DNA of 32,000 bases from Aquifex aeolicus VF5 (GCF_000008625.1 NC_000918.1:1320001-1352000), one strand, 5' to 3'. Shown: positions 1 to 12,823, counted from the first letter of the stretch. Numbers and translations are program-made. Notes: generated by a model from the letters alone, not told the origin.

Positions 1-1164
1 GATAAACGCCTTGGATTTTCCTACACTTCTTTTCTCGGTGAGGAAGAGATAAAGGACACAGTTGAAAAAGCCATGGAAATGTGTGAAATTCAGGAGCCTG
101 ATGAGGCAAACGGCTTTATAGAGAAACTGAAACCCTCTAAAGCGGTCTCCGTTTACGACGAAGAGTCCCTGTCAATTCCCTTACAGGAAAAGATGGAAAT
201 ACCCGTCAAGATGGAAAAGTACGCAAAGGAACTGGACAAGAGGATTGTAGGAGTGAGAAAGTCCACCCTCACCGAGGTTGAGTTTGAAGTAAGGAGCTTT
301 AACTCTTTTGGTGTTGAGTTCGGATATAGGGGAACCTCTTACACCTCTATGATAGCGACACTCGGAACTGAAAATGATGACAGCGCAATCTCTTGGGAAT
401 TCAGAGGCGCAAGGAGACTGAAGAACTTAAACTGGAAGTCCATGGTTGAGGACGCTGTCTTCAAAACCGTAAACCTCCTTCACCCATCTCCCTTTGAAAC
501 TAGAAGTATGCCCGTTGTGTTCTTCAGGGAAAGCTTTGCGATGCTCCTTGACGCCTTCAGCCCTATGTTTTTGGGAGACTACCTGGTTAAAGGAAAAACA
601 CTTTTAAAGGATAAGGTAAACGAAATAGTAGCGAGTGAAAAAATCACGCTCGTTGATGACGGCTCCATGGAAGAGGGGTTTTCCACTTTCCCTTACGACG
701 CGGAAGGAGTGCCCACCAGAAAAAATTTATTAATAGATAAAGGAGTGTTTAAGGGCTTTCTGCACAGCCTCTACACCGCGAGGAAGTCCTCTCAGGAACC
801 TACCGGAAACTCCGTAAGAGGATCCTACAAAGAACTGCCATCTTCGGGAACCACGAACTTTTACTTAGAAAAGGGGAACCTTTCCTTTGAAGAATTACTC
901 TCCTATTACGATGAGGTTTTCTTGGTTCTGGAGGTAATGGGACTCCACACCGTTGACACTATTTCGGGGGACTTCTCCCTTGGTTGTTCGGGAATTCTTT
1001 ACAAAAAGGGAAAGAAGGACAAAACGGTAAGGGGCATAACTGTAGCGGGGAATATACTAGATCTACTTAAGAACGTTGAAGAAGTGGGGAACGATCTCAC
1101 TTTTTATGGGAGTGTAGGTTCACCCTCGGTTCTCGTTAAAAAATTAACCCTCGGAGGGGGGTGA
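1..1164 (+). CDS. TldD/PmbA-family metalloprotease/modulator, 5'-truncated by the window edge
   Basis: Frame 1 is open from nt 1 (DKRLGFSYTSFLGEEEIKDTVEKAMEM...), so the gene starts upstream of the window. The C-terminal signature GLHTVDTISGDFSLGCSGILYKKGK is typical of the PmbA_TldD family. Stop TGA at 1162-1164. Confidence 0.85.
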   Translation, partial: DKRLGFSYTSFLGEEEIKDTVEKAMEMCEIQEPDEANGFIEKLKPSKAVSVYDEESLSIPLQEKMEIPVKMEKYAKELDKRIVGVRKSTLTEVEFEVRSFNSFGVEFGYRGTSYTSMIATLGTENDDSAISWEFRGARRLKNLNWKSMVEDAVFKTVNLLHPSPFETRSMPVVFFRESFAMLLDAFSPMFLGDYLVKGKTLLKDKVNEIVASEKITLVDDGSMEEGFSTFPYDAEGVPTRKNLLIDKGVFKGFLHSLYTARKSSQEPTGNSVRGSYKELPSSGTTNFYLEKGNLSFEELLSYYDEVFLVLEVMGLHTVDTISGDFSLGCSGILYKKGKKDKTVRGITVAGNILDLLKNVEEVGNDLTFYGSVGSPSVLVKKLTLGGG

Positions 1165-1769
1165 TGAAAAAATTAATCCTCTTACTACTCTGGATTTTTC
1201 TATTAACCTTTTCCCTTTCATCTTTCTACATTTCCTACTCCGCATTCAACGAAGAGAGGACGCAAAAGATAGCGGGAAACCTCGGGGCATTTCTTTTAGC
1301 GATCCCCGAAAACAAGGTCGTTATACTCCCAAATCCCGAGCTTACAATTATAAAAGTCCAAAAGAACGGACAGATATTTATGACTGCTAACGCGGTAAAA
1401 CCCTTTGACCCTAAACTCTATTCTGGATTTAAAAAGAGTTTTAACGGGACACTCGTAGAGGTTTACGTCAAAAATGCCACCCTTGACGATTTTTTTATGT
1501 TTTTAGTAAGTAATCCTACCTTCGGCGGACTTTTAGCCTTTGTATTTATTCTTTATATATCCTTCTTCTACTTTACGGTGAACGAACTGAGGGAGGTTAA
1601 AGTAATCAGAAAAGCCGAAAAGGAACATTCTTTTGACGCAAAGGAAGTAATAAACTCTCTCAAAGCCCTAAAGGTTCTATTGCACACTGAAAAAATACTC
1701 AAAGAGGAAAGTGTGGAGAAAGCTAAATCCATCCTTGATGAAACCATTAAAAAGTTAGAAAATAAATAG
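1161..1769 (+). CDS. Hypothetical 2-TM membrane protein, sensor-like topology without a kinase domain
   Basis: GTG 1161 or ATG 1164 overlaps the upstream stop. N-terminal hydrophobic segment KKLILLLLWIFLLTFSLSSF, a loop of about 100 aa, a second TM (GGLLAFVFILYISFFYF), then a cytoplasmic helix of about 60 aa. I recognise no catalytic motif. Confidence 0.7.
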   Translation: MMKKLILLLLWIFLLTFSLSSFYISYSAFNEERTQKIAGNLGAFLLAIPENKVVILPNPELTIIKVQKNGQIFMTANAVKPFDPKLYSGFKKSFNGTLVEVYVKNATLDDFFMFLVSNPTFGGLLAFVFILYISFFYFTVNELREVKVIRKAEKEHSFDAKEVINSLKALKVLLHTEKILKEESVEKAKSILDETIKKLENK

Positions 1770-1780
1770 GAGGGGCTTGA

Positions 1781-3004
1781 ATGAAAATTTTGATAGTTTC
1801 CTTCGATAAAACCTTAGTTGACAGCTTAAAAGAACACCTCGCACAACACGAAGTTTACACGGCAAAGAACGCCGAAGAAGCCATAACCCTATCTCCATCG
1901 GACATCGATTTAATAATCTTCGACGCCATTTCTGGTGCAATTTCCGAAGAAGAGATAAACGAATTGTATTCAAAGAAGTTTAAAAATCAAAAGTACGTGA
2001 TACTTTACGATGAACTCTTTCCCGTAGATCCCAAAAACATACTTCCCCCTAACAAAGTCCTCGTTTTGAGGGATTCTCCACCCGAAGAAATAATAAGGAG
2101 AGCCCTTGAAGAAAAGAAAGAAGAAACAAAGGAAGAAGGGATAGAAATAGGCGCAAGCGTTCCCGTAGAAGAAGAATTAAAGACCGAGAAAAAAGAAGAA
2201 AAGGTGGAAAAAGAAGAAACAGGAAAGGCTAAGGTTCTGGTAGTGAGTTTTGACAAGAAACTTACAGATAATATCACTAACGCCTTAAAAGGAAAGTTCA
2301 GCGTAGAAGTTGTAAGGAACATAAAGTCCGTGAAAGAGAAGGGACTCGAGGCCGACATTATCGTTTACGACGCCATTTCCGGTTCTATAGCGGAGAAAAA
2401 CTTAATGGAACTGGCAGAGGTTCCCCAGCTCAGGGAAAAGCACTTTATAATCCTCGTAGACGAACTCTTCCCAATAGACGTTGAAAAAATAAACCTGCCG
2501 AACAAGAGCACCCTGAACAGGGATGCTGGAGCAGAGGCTATAGCCGAGGAAGTTGAAAAGGTCGCACAAAAAGTAAAGAAGGAAGAAATAAAGTCTATGG
2601 AAACGGAAGAAGTAAAGGAAGAAAAAGTAAGGGAAGAAATCCCTGAAGAAGTACCTCAAGAAGTGGAAGAAATTAAAGAAGAAAAACCAGAAATGTCTGA
2701 AATTAAAGAAAAGACCGAAGCTATATCTACGAAGGAGAAAACTCCGGAAGCGGTTCAGGTGCTGGCGGAAAAGCTCTCTGATGAGAAATTTATACGCAGT
2801 TTGCTTGTGGAAGCTATCTCAAAGGAACTTCACGGAGTAAGAGAGGAAATAAAGGCGGAAGTGAGGGATTACATAAAAAATGTGCTTGAATCGATAATAA
2901 GAGAAGAGATCGAAAGAGCCTTTGCGGAAGTGGGCGTTGCAAAGATAATAAGGGAAGAGACTAAGAGGATAGTCGAGGAAAAAATAAAGGAATTGCTGAA
3001 GTAA
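1781..3004 (+). CDS. Hypothetical protein with two tandem receiver (CheY)-like domains, E/K-rich linkers and a helical C-terminus
   Basis: SD AGGAGGGG at 1768-1775 lies 5 nt before the ATG. Residues 2-110 and 150-260 align to each other ([13 protein letters not shown]...[13 protein letters not shown]...[21 protein letters not shown] versus [13 protein letters not shown]...[13 protein letters not shown]...[22 protein letters not shown]). Confidence 0.8.
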
Positions 3005-3016
3005 ATTTAAATTCTT

Positions 3017-3901
3017 ATGGAAGTTCTCCACAAACCTGTACTTTTAAGGGAAAGTGTTGAGTTTCTGACCGAAAACGGAGGAAAGATTTACGTTGACTGC
3101 ACGCTCGGAGGTGGAGGGCACGCAAAGGAAATTCTGAAGAAAAGGAAAGATATTTTCCTTATCGGAATAGACAGGGACGAGGAAGCTATAGAAATAGCAA
3201 AGGAAAATTTAAAAGAGTTTGAGGGGAGGTTCAGTATATACAAGGCGAACTTCAAGGATTTGGACCTGGTTCTGAAAGAGGAAGGTATAGACAAAGTAGA
3301 CGGATTTCTCTTTGACCTCGGAGTTTCCATGTACCAGCTAAAGGGAGAAAGGGGGTTTACCTTTCAGGAGGACCAGCCCCTTGATATGCGTATGGACAAA
3401 GAGCAAACGTTAACCGCTTGCAAAGTCGTAAACAACTACCCCGAAAGGGAGTTAATAAGGATACTCAAAGAGTACGGCGAAGAGAAGTTTGCGGTAAGGA
3501 TTGCAAAGGCGATAGTCCAGAGGAGGAAGAAAAAGCCAATAGAAACGACGGGAGAACTCGTTGACGTAATCCTTTCCGTGGTTCCCGAGTACTACAAACA
3601 CGGCAAGATACACCCCGCCACGAGAACCTTTCAGGCGATAAGGATTGAGGTAAATAAAGAACTGGAATCCCTCAAAGAAGCTTTGGAAAAAACACCTTAT
3701 CACTTTAACTCAAAAGGCAGACTCGTAGTCATTACTTTCCACTCCCTTGAGGACAGGATAGTTAAGCACTTTATAAAGGAGAAAGAAAAGGAAGGAATTT
3801 TTAGGATAATTACGAAGAAGCCTGTAACGCCGTCCGAAGAAGAAATCAGGGAAAATCCAGCCTCGCGGAGTGCGAAACTTCGTGTAGCTGAGAAAATTTA
3901 A
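3017..3901 (+). CDS. rsmH: 16S rRNA (cytosine1402-N4)-methyltransferase RsmH/MraW
   Basis: [45 protein letters not shown] and [14 protein letters not shown] are canonical MraW motifs. Confidence 0.93.
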
Positions 3902-3910
3902 TGTTATAAT
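3902..3910 (+). promoter_or_regulatory. Extended -10 (TGtTATAAT) upstream of rplM-rpsI, giving a leader of about 30 nt that contains the SD
   Basis: TG at 3902-3903 and TATAAT at 3905-3910, read directly. No convincing -35 box. Confidence 0.4.
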
Positions 3911-3946
3911 TACAATCTTGCTTTAAACTCGGAAGAGGTGAATGGG

Positions 3947-4381
3947 ATGAAGACATACAGGATTAAGCCCGAAGAAGTGGAAAGAAAGTGGTGGGTAGTG
4001 GACGCAACGGGAAAGACTCTGGGAAGACTTGCAAGCGAAATAGCTAAAATTTTGAGGGGAAAGCACAAACCTTACTATCAGCCGGACGTTGATTGCGGTG
4101 ATTTCGTAATAGTTATAAACGCGGAGAAGATAAGAGTTACGGGTAAGAAACTCGAGCAGAAGAAGTATTACTGGCACAGCAGATACCCCGGAGGATTGAA
4201 GGAGAGAACCCTCAAGTGGATGCTCGAAAACAAACCCGAAGAGGTTATAAGACTCGCGGTAAAGAGGATGCTTCCCAAAAACAGACTCGGACACAGAATG
4301 CTTAAGAAGTTAAAAGTTTACAGGGGACCTGAGCATCCCCACCAAGCTCAAAAACCCCAGCCTCTGGAGGTTAAAGCATGA
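3947..4381 (+). CDS. rplM: 50S ribosomal protein L13
   Basis: [42 protein letters not shown] aligns with the L13 N-terminus. SD GAGGTG at 3935-3940 lies 6 nt upstream of ATG 3947. The ORF track's GTG at 3938 would add 3 residues. Confidence 0.93.
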   Translation: MKTYRIKPEEVERKWWVVDATGKTLGRLASEIAKILRGKHKPYYQPDVDCGDFVIVINAEKIRVTGKKLEQKKYYWHSRYPGGLKERTLKWMLENKPEEVIRLAVKRMLPKNRLGHRMLKKLKVYRGPEHPHQAQKPQPLEVKA

Positions 4382-4821
4382 TTCAGAAGTTAAAGGACTT
4401 TAAATTAACCCCCGAAAACACTTATTACGCTACCGGTAAGAGAAAGGAAGCGGTTGCAAGGGTGTGGCTTCTCAGGGACAGACCCAATACCTTTATAGTC
4501 GGGTCAGATAAGACGAACAAGGAATATGACCTAAGGGAGTACGTCCAGAGGGAAACACTTTACAACAAAATAATGTATCCTTTTAAAGTTACAGGACACG
4601 AGGGTAAGTTCGGCATATACGCAACTGTCAGAGGCGGCGGAATATCCGCACAGGCGGAAGCTATAATGTACGGAGTCGCAAAGGCACTTCTCCAGCACAA
4701 CCCCGACCTGAGACCCACCCTTAAAAAGGCAGGACTCCTTACGAGAGACGCAAGAGAGAAGGAAAGGAAGAAGTACGGTCAAATGGGTGCAAGAGCCAAG
4801 TACAGATGGAGCAAACGTTAA
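4378..4821 (+). CDS. rpsI: 30S ribosomal protein S9
   Basis: ATGA overlap with the rplM stop. [15 protein letters not shown] and the C-terminal [16 protein letters not shown] are typical S9 sequences. Confidence 0.93.
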   Translation: MIQKLKDFKLTPENTYYATGKRKEAVARVWLLRDRPNTFIVGSDKTNKEYDLREYVQRETLYNKIMYPFKVTGHEGKFGIYATVRGGGISAQAEAIMYGVAKALLQHNPDLRPTLKKAGLLTRDAREKERKKYGQMGARAKYRWSKR

Positions 4822-5828
4822 GAGTTTCCGTTTTCGGTGCCACCGGTTATACCGGTATAGAACTCCTTCGCTCCCTTCTCACACACCCCCACTTTGAAGT
4901 AAAAAACCTTATCTCTCAGTCTTACAAAGGCAAAAAAGTAAGGGAGGTACTTCCCTTCTTTTCAAACACCTACATATCCGAGATAGAGTTCCTTGAAGAA
5001 CCTGTTGAAGACTACGAACTTGCCTTTTTATGCCTTCCTCACGAAGTCTCCTACGAGATAGTTCCCAAACTGCTCTCCCAGGGCAAAAAGGTTGTGGACC
5101 TATCCGGTGCTTACAGGATAAAAAGTCCCAAAGCTTACGAGGAATTTTACGGATTTAAACACGAGAGGGAAGATATCCTTCAGAGGGCTGTTTACGGACT
5201 TCCAGAAGTTTTTAGAGAGGAGATAAAAAATAGCGATCTCGTGGCAAACCCCGGGTGTTATCCAACGGCTACACTTCTGGCAATATACCCCTTCCTCAAG
5301 GAAAGGGTGGGAATAGAGAGTGTAATTGTTCACGCCCTTTCGGGTGTGAGCGGAGCGGGAAGGAAGCCAAAACAACAATTTCACTTCCCCGAAATGACGG
5401 AAAACTTCTTCAATTACGCGGTAGAAAAGCACAGGCACACTCCCGAGATGGAAGACGTAATAAGGAGAGTTTACGGAAGAGAAGTAAAGGTAAGGTTTAC
5501 TCCCACCGTAGTTCCTACCTCAAGGGGAATGATATCCACGGTTTACCTGAAATCAGAAAAATTAAACGTAAAGGAGCTTTTCAAGGAAGTTTACGAAGAC
5601 GAGATTTTCGTAAAGGTTGTGGACGAACCACCTCAAACCAAGTGGGTTCTGGGAACCAATTACTGTTTTATTTATCCCCATTACGACGAAAGGACAGGCT
5701 ATTACGTTATTATTTCTGCAATTGACAACTTGGGTAAAGGAGCTTCTCTACAGGCGGTTCAAAACGCAAATTTAATGTTCGGGCTTGCGGAAGACGACGG
5801 GCTCCTTCAACTTCCCGTTTTCCCCTGA
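4806..5828 (+). CDS. argC: N-acetyl-gamma-glutamyl-phosphate reductase
   Basis: VFGATGYTGIELLR Rossmann N-terminus and the active-site ANPGCYPTA motif. The start overlaps the rpsI 3' end by 16 nt. Confidence 0.92.
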   Translation: MEQTLRVSVFGATGYTGIELLRSLLTHPHFEVKNLISQSYKGKKVREVLPFFSNTYISEIEFLEEPVEDYELAFLCLPHEVSYEIVPKLLSQGKKVVDLSGAYRIKSPKAYEEFYGFKHEREDILQRAVYGLPEVFREEIKNSDLVANPGCYPTATLLAIYPFLKERVGIESVIVHALSGVSGAGRKPKQQFHFPEMTENFFNYAVEKHRHTPEMEDVIRRVYGREVKVRFTPTVVPTSRGMISTVYLKSEKLNVKELFKEVYEDEIFVKVVDEPPQTKWVLGTNYCFIYPHYDERTGYYVIISAIDNLGKGASLQAVQNANLMFGLAEDDGLLQLPVFP

Positions 5829-5833
5829 AAGTT

Positions 5834-5842
5834 TGTTATACT
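5834..5842 (+). promoter_or_regulatory. Extended -10 (TGtTATACT) 10 nt upstream of the dnaN ATG, with no SD
   Basis: TATACT at 5837-5842 and ATG at 5853. The intervening aattctccaa has no purine-rich SD. Confidence 0.35.
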
Positions 5843-5852
5843 AATTCTCCAA

Positions 5853-6944
5853 ATGCGCGTTAAGGTGGACAGGGAGGAGCTTGAAGAGGTTCTTAAAAAA
5901 GCAAGAGAAAGCACGGAAAAAAAAGCCGCACTCCCGATACTCGCGAACTTCTTACTCTCCGCAAAAGAGGAAAACTTAATCGTAAGGGCAACGGACTTGG
6001 AAAACTACCTTGTAGTCTCCGTAAAGGGGGAGGTTGAAGAGGAAGGAGAGGTTTGCGTCCACTCTCAAAAACTCTACGATATAGTCAAGAACTTAAATTC
6101 CGCTTACGTTTACCTTCATACGGAAGGTGAAAAACTCGTCATAACGGGAGGAAAGAGTACGTACAAACTTCCGACAGCTCCCGCGGAGGACTTTCCCGAA
6201 TTTCCAGAAATCGTAGAAGGAGGAGAAACACTTTCGGGAAACCTTCTCGTTAACGGAATAGAAAAGGTAGAGTACGCCATAGCGAAGGAAGAAGCGAACA
6301 TAGCCCTTCAGGGAATGTATCTGAGAGGATACGAGGACAGAATTCACTTTGTAGGTTCGGACGGTCACAGGCTTGCACTTTATGAACCTCTAGGAGAGTT
6401 TTCCAAGGAACTCCTCATACCCAGAAAGAGCTTAAAGGTTTTAAAGAAGCTAATAACGGGCATAGAGGACGTAAACATTGAAAAGAGTGAAGACGAGTCT
6501 TTTGCTTACTTCTCCACTCCCGAGTGGAAACTCGCCGTTAGACTCCTGGAAGGAGAATTCCCGGACTACATGAGTGTCATCCCTGAGGAGTTTTCGGCGG
6601 AAGTCTTGTTTGAGACAGAGGAAGTCTTAAAGGTTTTAAAGAGGTTGAAGGCTTTAAGCGAAGGAAAAGTTTTTCCCGTGAAGATTACCTTAAGCGAAAA
6701 CCTTGCCATCTTTGAGTTCGCGGATCCGGAGTTCGGAGAAGCGAGAGAGGAAATTGAAGTGGAGTACACGGGAGAGCCCTTTGAGATAGGATTCAACGGA
6801 AAGTACCTTATGGAGGCGCTTGACGCCTACGACAGCGAAAGAGTGTGGTTCAAGTTCACAACCCCCGACACGGCCACTTTATTGGAGGCTGAAGATTACG
6901 AAAAGGAACCTTACAAGTGCATAATAATGCCGATGAGGGTGTAG
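5853..6944 (+). CDS. dnaN: DNA polymerase III beta sliding clamp
   Basis: 363 aa with a three-domain clamp pattern: [44 protein letters not shown], and C-terminal IIMPMRV. Confidence 0.92.
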
Positions 6945-6946
6945 CC

Positions 6947-7168
6947 ATGAAAAAAGCTTTAATCTTTTTATTGAGCTTGAGCCTTTTAATTCCTGCGTTT
7001 AGCGAAGCCAAACCCAAGTCTTCAAAGAAGAAGTACTACACTTACGAGAAGTACAAGAAGTACAAGAAAAAGAGAAGGGTGTGGATAAGGCGATATCCGA
7101 GAAAGGCCAACACTCTAACTGACGCACACAGGGTAAAGCTCGAAGAAATGGTAAAAGAGATGTTCTAA
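6947..7168 (+). CDS. Small secreted or periplasmic, highly basic K/Y/R-rich protein (73 aa)
   Basis: ATG at 6947 lies 2 nt after the dnaN stop. Signal-peptide-like MKKALIFLLSLSLLIPAFSEA, followed by KPKSSKKKYYTYEKYKKYKKKRRVWIRRYPRK. The ORF-track start at 6917 lies inside dnaN and is unlikely. Confidence 0.6.
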   Translation: MKKALIFLLSLSLLIPAFSEAKPKSSKKKYYTYEKYKKYKKKRRVWIRRYPRKANTLTDAHRVKLEEMVKEMF

Positions 7169-7170
7169 AA

Positions 7171-7900
7171 ATGGACAAAGACAGCTTAAGGATCATTGAA
7201 GAGTTAAAGATAAGACAGGGTGATACTTGGCGTGTATTCAAGATAATGAGCGAGTTCGTGCAGGGCTTTGACGAGCTCAGTGACGTCGGCCCTGCGGTAA
7301 CCTTTTTCGGAAGTTCAAGGGCAAAGGAGACGGACAAGTACTACAAACTCGCTTACGAGACGGCTTTCAACCTCGGGAAACTCGGTTTTACGATAATAAC
7401 GGGGGGAGGACCCGGGATAATGGAGGCGGCAAACAGGGGAGCGTACGACAGCGGAACGGAAAGCATCGGACTGAACATAGACATCCCCAGAGAACAGTTT
7501 CCCAATAAGTACCAGACTAAAAACCTGAAGTTCAAATACTTCTTCGTAAGAAAAGTGATGCTCCTCAAGTACGCCATGGCTTACGTGATCTTTCCGGGAG
7601 GTTTCGGTACCTTTGATGAGCTCTTTGAAGCGCTTACACTTATACAAACTGGAAAGAGTCATAAATTCCCGTTAATACTTTTCGGCAGTGAGTACTACTC
7701 CCACCTGTTGAAGTTCATGGAAGAGGTAATGGTAAAGTTCGGAACGATAGACAAGGAAGACATTAACTTGATGGTTCTCGTGGACGACCCCAGAGACGTT
7801 GTAAAGCACATAATGAACAAAGCGAGGGAAAAGTACTTCCACTTGAAAAAGTTCGGAGAGACTTCCTTTCTGAGAAAACTTGAGAGAATATTAAAGAATT

Positions 7901-7923
<23 letters not shown>
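7171..7923 (+). CDS. LOG-family (TIGR00730, formerly 'lysine decarboxylase-like') nucleotide phosphoribohydrolase
   Basis: TGGGPGIMEAANRGA and PGGFGTFDELFE are the two LOG-family signature motifs. Confidence 0.85.
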
Positions 7924-11013
<3,090 letters not shown>

Positions 11014-11022
11014 AATTGGTTT

Positions 11023-11028
11023 ATTATA
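11023..11028 (-). promoter_or_regulatory. -10 TATAAT 9 nt upstream of the SucD-like ATG (11013), with no SD
   Basis: Plus-strand attata at 11023-11028 is TATAAT on the minus strand. The spacer is aaaccaatt. Confidence 0.35.
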
Positions 11029-11074
11029 ACGCGGTTTTAAAAAGCTTGTGATAAAAAGCAATGATTTAGCCAAG

Positions 11075-11102
11075 TGGACAAAAATCTTACAGCGCCTATT
11101 TA
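11075..11102 (+). promoter_or_regulatory. Candidate sigma-70-type promoter for nadA (TGGACA, 16 nt spacer, TATTTA)
   Basis: -35-like TGGACA at 11075-11080 and -10-like TATTTA at 11097-11102. It is followed by a leader carrying SD GGAGG at 11116-11120. Confidence 0.3.
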
Positions 11103-11126
11103 ATAAATTCTTAACGGAGGTGATGA

Positions 11127-12095
11127 ATGGTACAGCTCGCCTTAAAGGAGGAGAAAGAACTTACTAAGGAGGAGATAAAGGAACTCCAGAAAGAAGTTAG
11201 GAGACTCGCAAAGGAAAAGAACGCTGTAATACTCGCTCACTATTATCAGAGACCGGAGGTTCAAGATATAGCGGATTTTGTAGGAGATTCTTTAGAGCTC
11301 GCCAGAAAGGCTTCTCAGACGGACGCGGACATTATTGTATTCTGCGGTGTTAGGTTTATGTGTGAAACCGCAAAGATAGTAAATCCCGAGAAAAAGGTTC
11401 TCCACCCAAATCCGGAAAGCGGATGCCCCATGGCAGACATGATAACGGCAAAGCAAGTAAGGGAACTCAGGGAAAAGCATCCGGACGCGGAATTCGTAGC
11501 CTACATAAACACCACCGCGGACGTTAAGGCGGAAGTGGACATATGCGTAACCTCCGCAAACGCCCCAAAAATAATAAAGAAACTCGAAGCTAAAAAGATC
11601 GTATTCCTACCGGATCAAGCTCTCGGTAACTGGGTGGCAAAGCAAGTTCCGGAAAAGGAATTCATAATATGGAAAGGTTTCTGTCCTCCACACTTTGAGT
11701 TTACGTACAAGGAACTCGAAAAGTTAAAGGAAATGTACCCCGACGCCAAGGTGGCAGTTCACCCAGAGTGCCACCCCAGAGTCATAGAACTTGCGGACTT
11801 CGTAGGATCTACTTCCCAGATACTCAAGTACGCCACAAGTGTTGATGCAAAAAGGGTAATAGTGGTAACCGAAGTTGGACTCAAGTACACACTGGAAAAG
11901 ATTAATCCGAATAAGGAATACATTTTCCCCCAATCCATGAATTACTGCGGAACCGTTTACTGTTGTACAATGAAGGGAATTACGCTACCTAAAGTTTACG
12001 AGACCTTAAAGAACGAAATAAACGAAGTGACGCTTCCCAAAGATATTATAGAGAGGGCGAGGAGACCCATAGAGAGGATGCTCGAGCTCAGTTAA
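11127..12095 (+). CDS. nadA: Quinolinate synthase
   Basis: ILAHYYQRPEVQDIADFVGDSLELA plus conserved cysteines (FCGVRFMCE, GFCPPH, CCTMK). SD GGAGG at 11116-11120. Confidence 0.92.
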   Translation: MVQLALKEEKELTKEEIKELQKEVRRLAKEKNAVILAHYYQRPEVQDIADFVGDSLELARKASQTDADIIVFCGVRFMCETAKIVNPEKKVLHPNPESGCPMADMITAKQVRELREKHPDAEFVAYINTTADVKAEVDICVTSANAPKIIKKLEAKKIVFLPDQALGNWVAKQVPEKEFIIWKGFCPPHFEFTYKELEKLKEMYPDAKVAVHPECHPRVIELADFVGSTSQILKYATSVDAKRVIVVTEVGLKYTLEKINPNKEYIFPQSMNYCGTVYCCTMKGITLPKVYETLKNEINEVTLPKDIIERARRPIERMLELS

Positions 12096-12814
12096 AGTAT
12101 CTTCTTTGCGGTTTCCCACATGGCTATAGCACCGGCGGACCCGACATTTAACGAAGTTACTTTCCCCTTCATTGGTATGGTTACGATTTGGTCCGAAATA
12201 TCTAAAACACTCTTTGAGACTCCTTTGTCCTCGGATCCCAAGACAAGAGCTACGGGAAGAGGAATGTCAACCTCCCTTATATCCTTTCCTCCTTTTTCTA
12301 CCGCAAACACCCACCCTCCCATCTTCTGGAAGTTCTTAAGTTCTCTCGAAAGACTGGAAACTTTTGAAATCTTCAGGTGAAAGACTGCACCGCTTGAAGC
12401 CTTAACTACGGTCTCGTTGATGGGAGAAGTCCTGTCCTTAGAAATTAAAGCTCCAACTCCGCCGAGAACCTCGCAGGTTCTGAGCAAGTTTCCCACGTTT
12501 TGAGGGTCGGTTATGTGGTCTATCACTATAAAGAAAGACTTTTTCTCAATACACTCCTTAAATAGTTCATGAGGGGAAACGTAATTTACGGGAGAAAGAA
12601 GCGCAACAACTCCCTGAGTTTTCTTGGTTCCCGCGAGTTCTTCTACTTTCTTTCTTGATATCCTCTGAACTTTTACACCTCTCTTTTTTGCGAGTTCTAA
12701 AAGTTCTTTGGGCGGGTGGCTGTCGTGAGCCACGTAAATCTTTTCTAAGTTTCTTCCCGCCCTCAATGCCTCTATTATCGGGTTCCTTCCCCAGATTACG
12801 AACTTCTTCTCCAT
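12092..12814 (-). CDS. SpoU/TrmH-family RNA 2'-O-ribose methyltransferase (RlmB-like)
   Basis: N-terminal GRNPIIEALRAG (SpoU substrate-binding domain). C-terminal motifs DPQNVGNLLRT, LVLGSEDKGVS and IPMKGKVTSLNVGSAGAIAMWE. Confidence 0.88.
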   Translation of the reverse strand: MEKKFVIWGRNPIIEALRAGRNLEKIYVAHDSHPPKELLELAKKRGVKVQRISRKKVEELAGTKKTQGVVALLSPVNYVSPHELFKECIEKKSFFIVIDHITDPQNVGNLLRTCEVLGGVGALISKDRTSPINETVVKASSGAVFHLKISKVSSLSRELKNFQKMGGWVFAVEKGGKDIREVDIPLPVALVLGSEDKGVSKSVLDISDQIVTIPMKGKVTSLNVGSAGAIAMWETAKKIL

Positions 12815-12823
12815 TTTATTTCC

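Noticed and set aside
2100-2720. Repetitive gaa/aag-rich DNA that superficially resembles a repeat array
   Set aside because: It is in frame within the 1781-3004 CDS and encodes E/K-rich linkers. There is no repeat-spacer periodicity, so it is not a CRISPR array or a satellite.
5255-5725. 156-aa plus-strand ORF in an alternative frame inside argC
   Set aside because: It is fully nested in the argC coding region, has an Arg/Gly/Lys-rich nonsense-like sequence, and has no SD. The argC frame carries all the conserved motifs.
6917-6946. Earlier ATG (6917) for the small basic protein
   Set aside because: It lies inside the dnaN 3' end and adds a non-signal-peptide prefix ([10 protein letters not shown]). 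ATG 6947 yields a canonical signal peptide.
11014-11073. TTG-initiated 20-codon N-terminal extension of the SucD-like gene
   Set aside because: The added residues (MAKSLLFITSFLKPRYNKPI) are not SucD-like. The region contains a TATAAT box and looks like the promoter, and ATG 11013 aligns with family N-termini.
11014-11126. Possible NAD+ (nadA-motif) riboswitch or other structured leader in the 113-nt region upstream of nadA
   Set aside because: I could not find the tandem bulged-stem or conserved C-rich elements of the nadA motif, nor any stable hairpin. The region is AT-rich and is better explained as two divergent promoters plus an SD.
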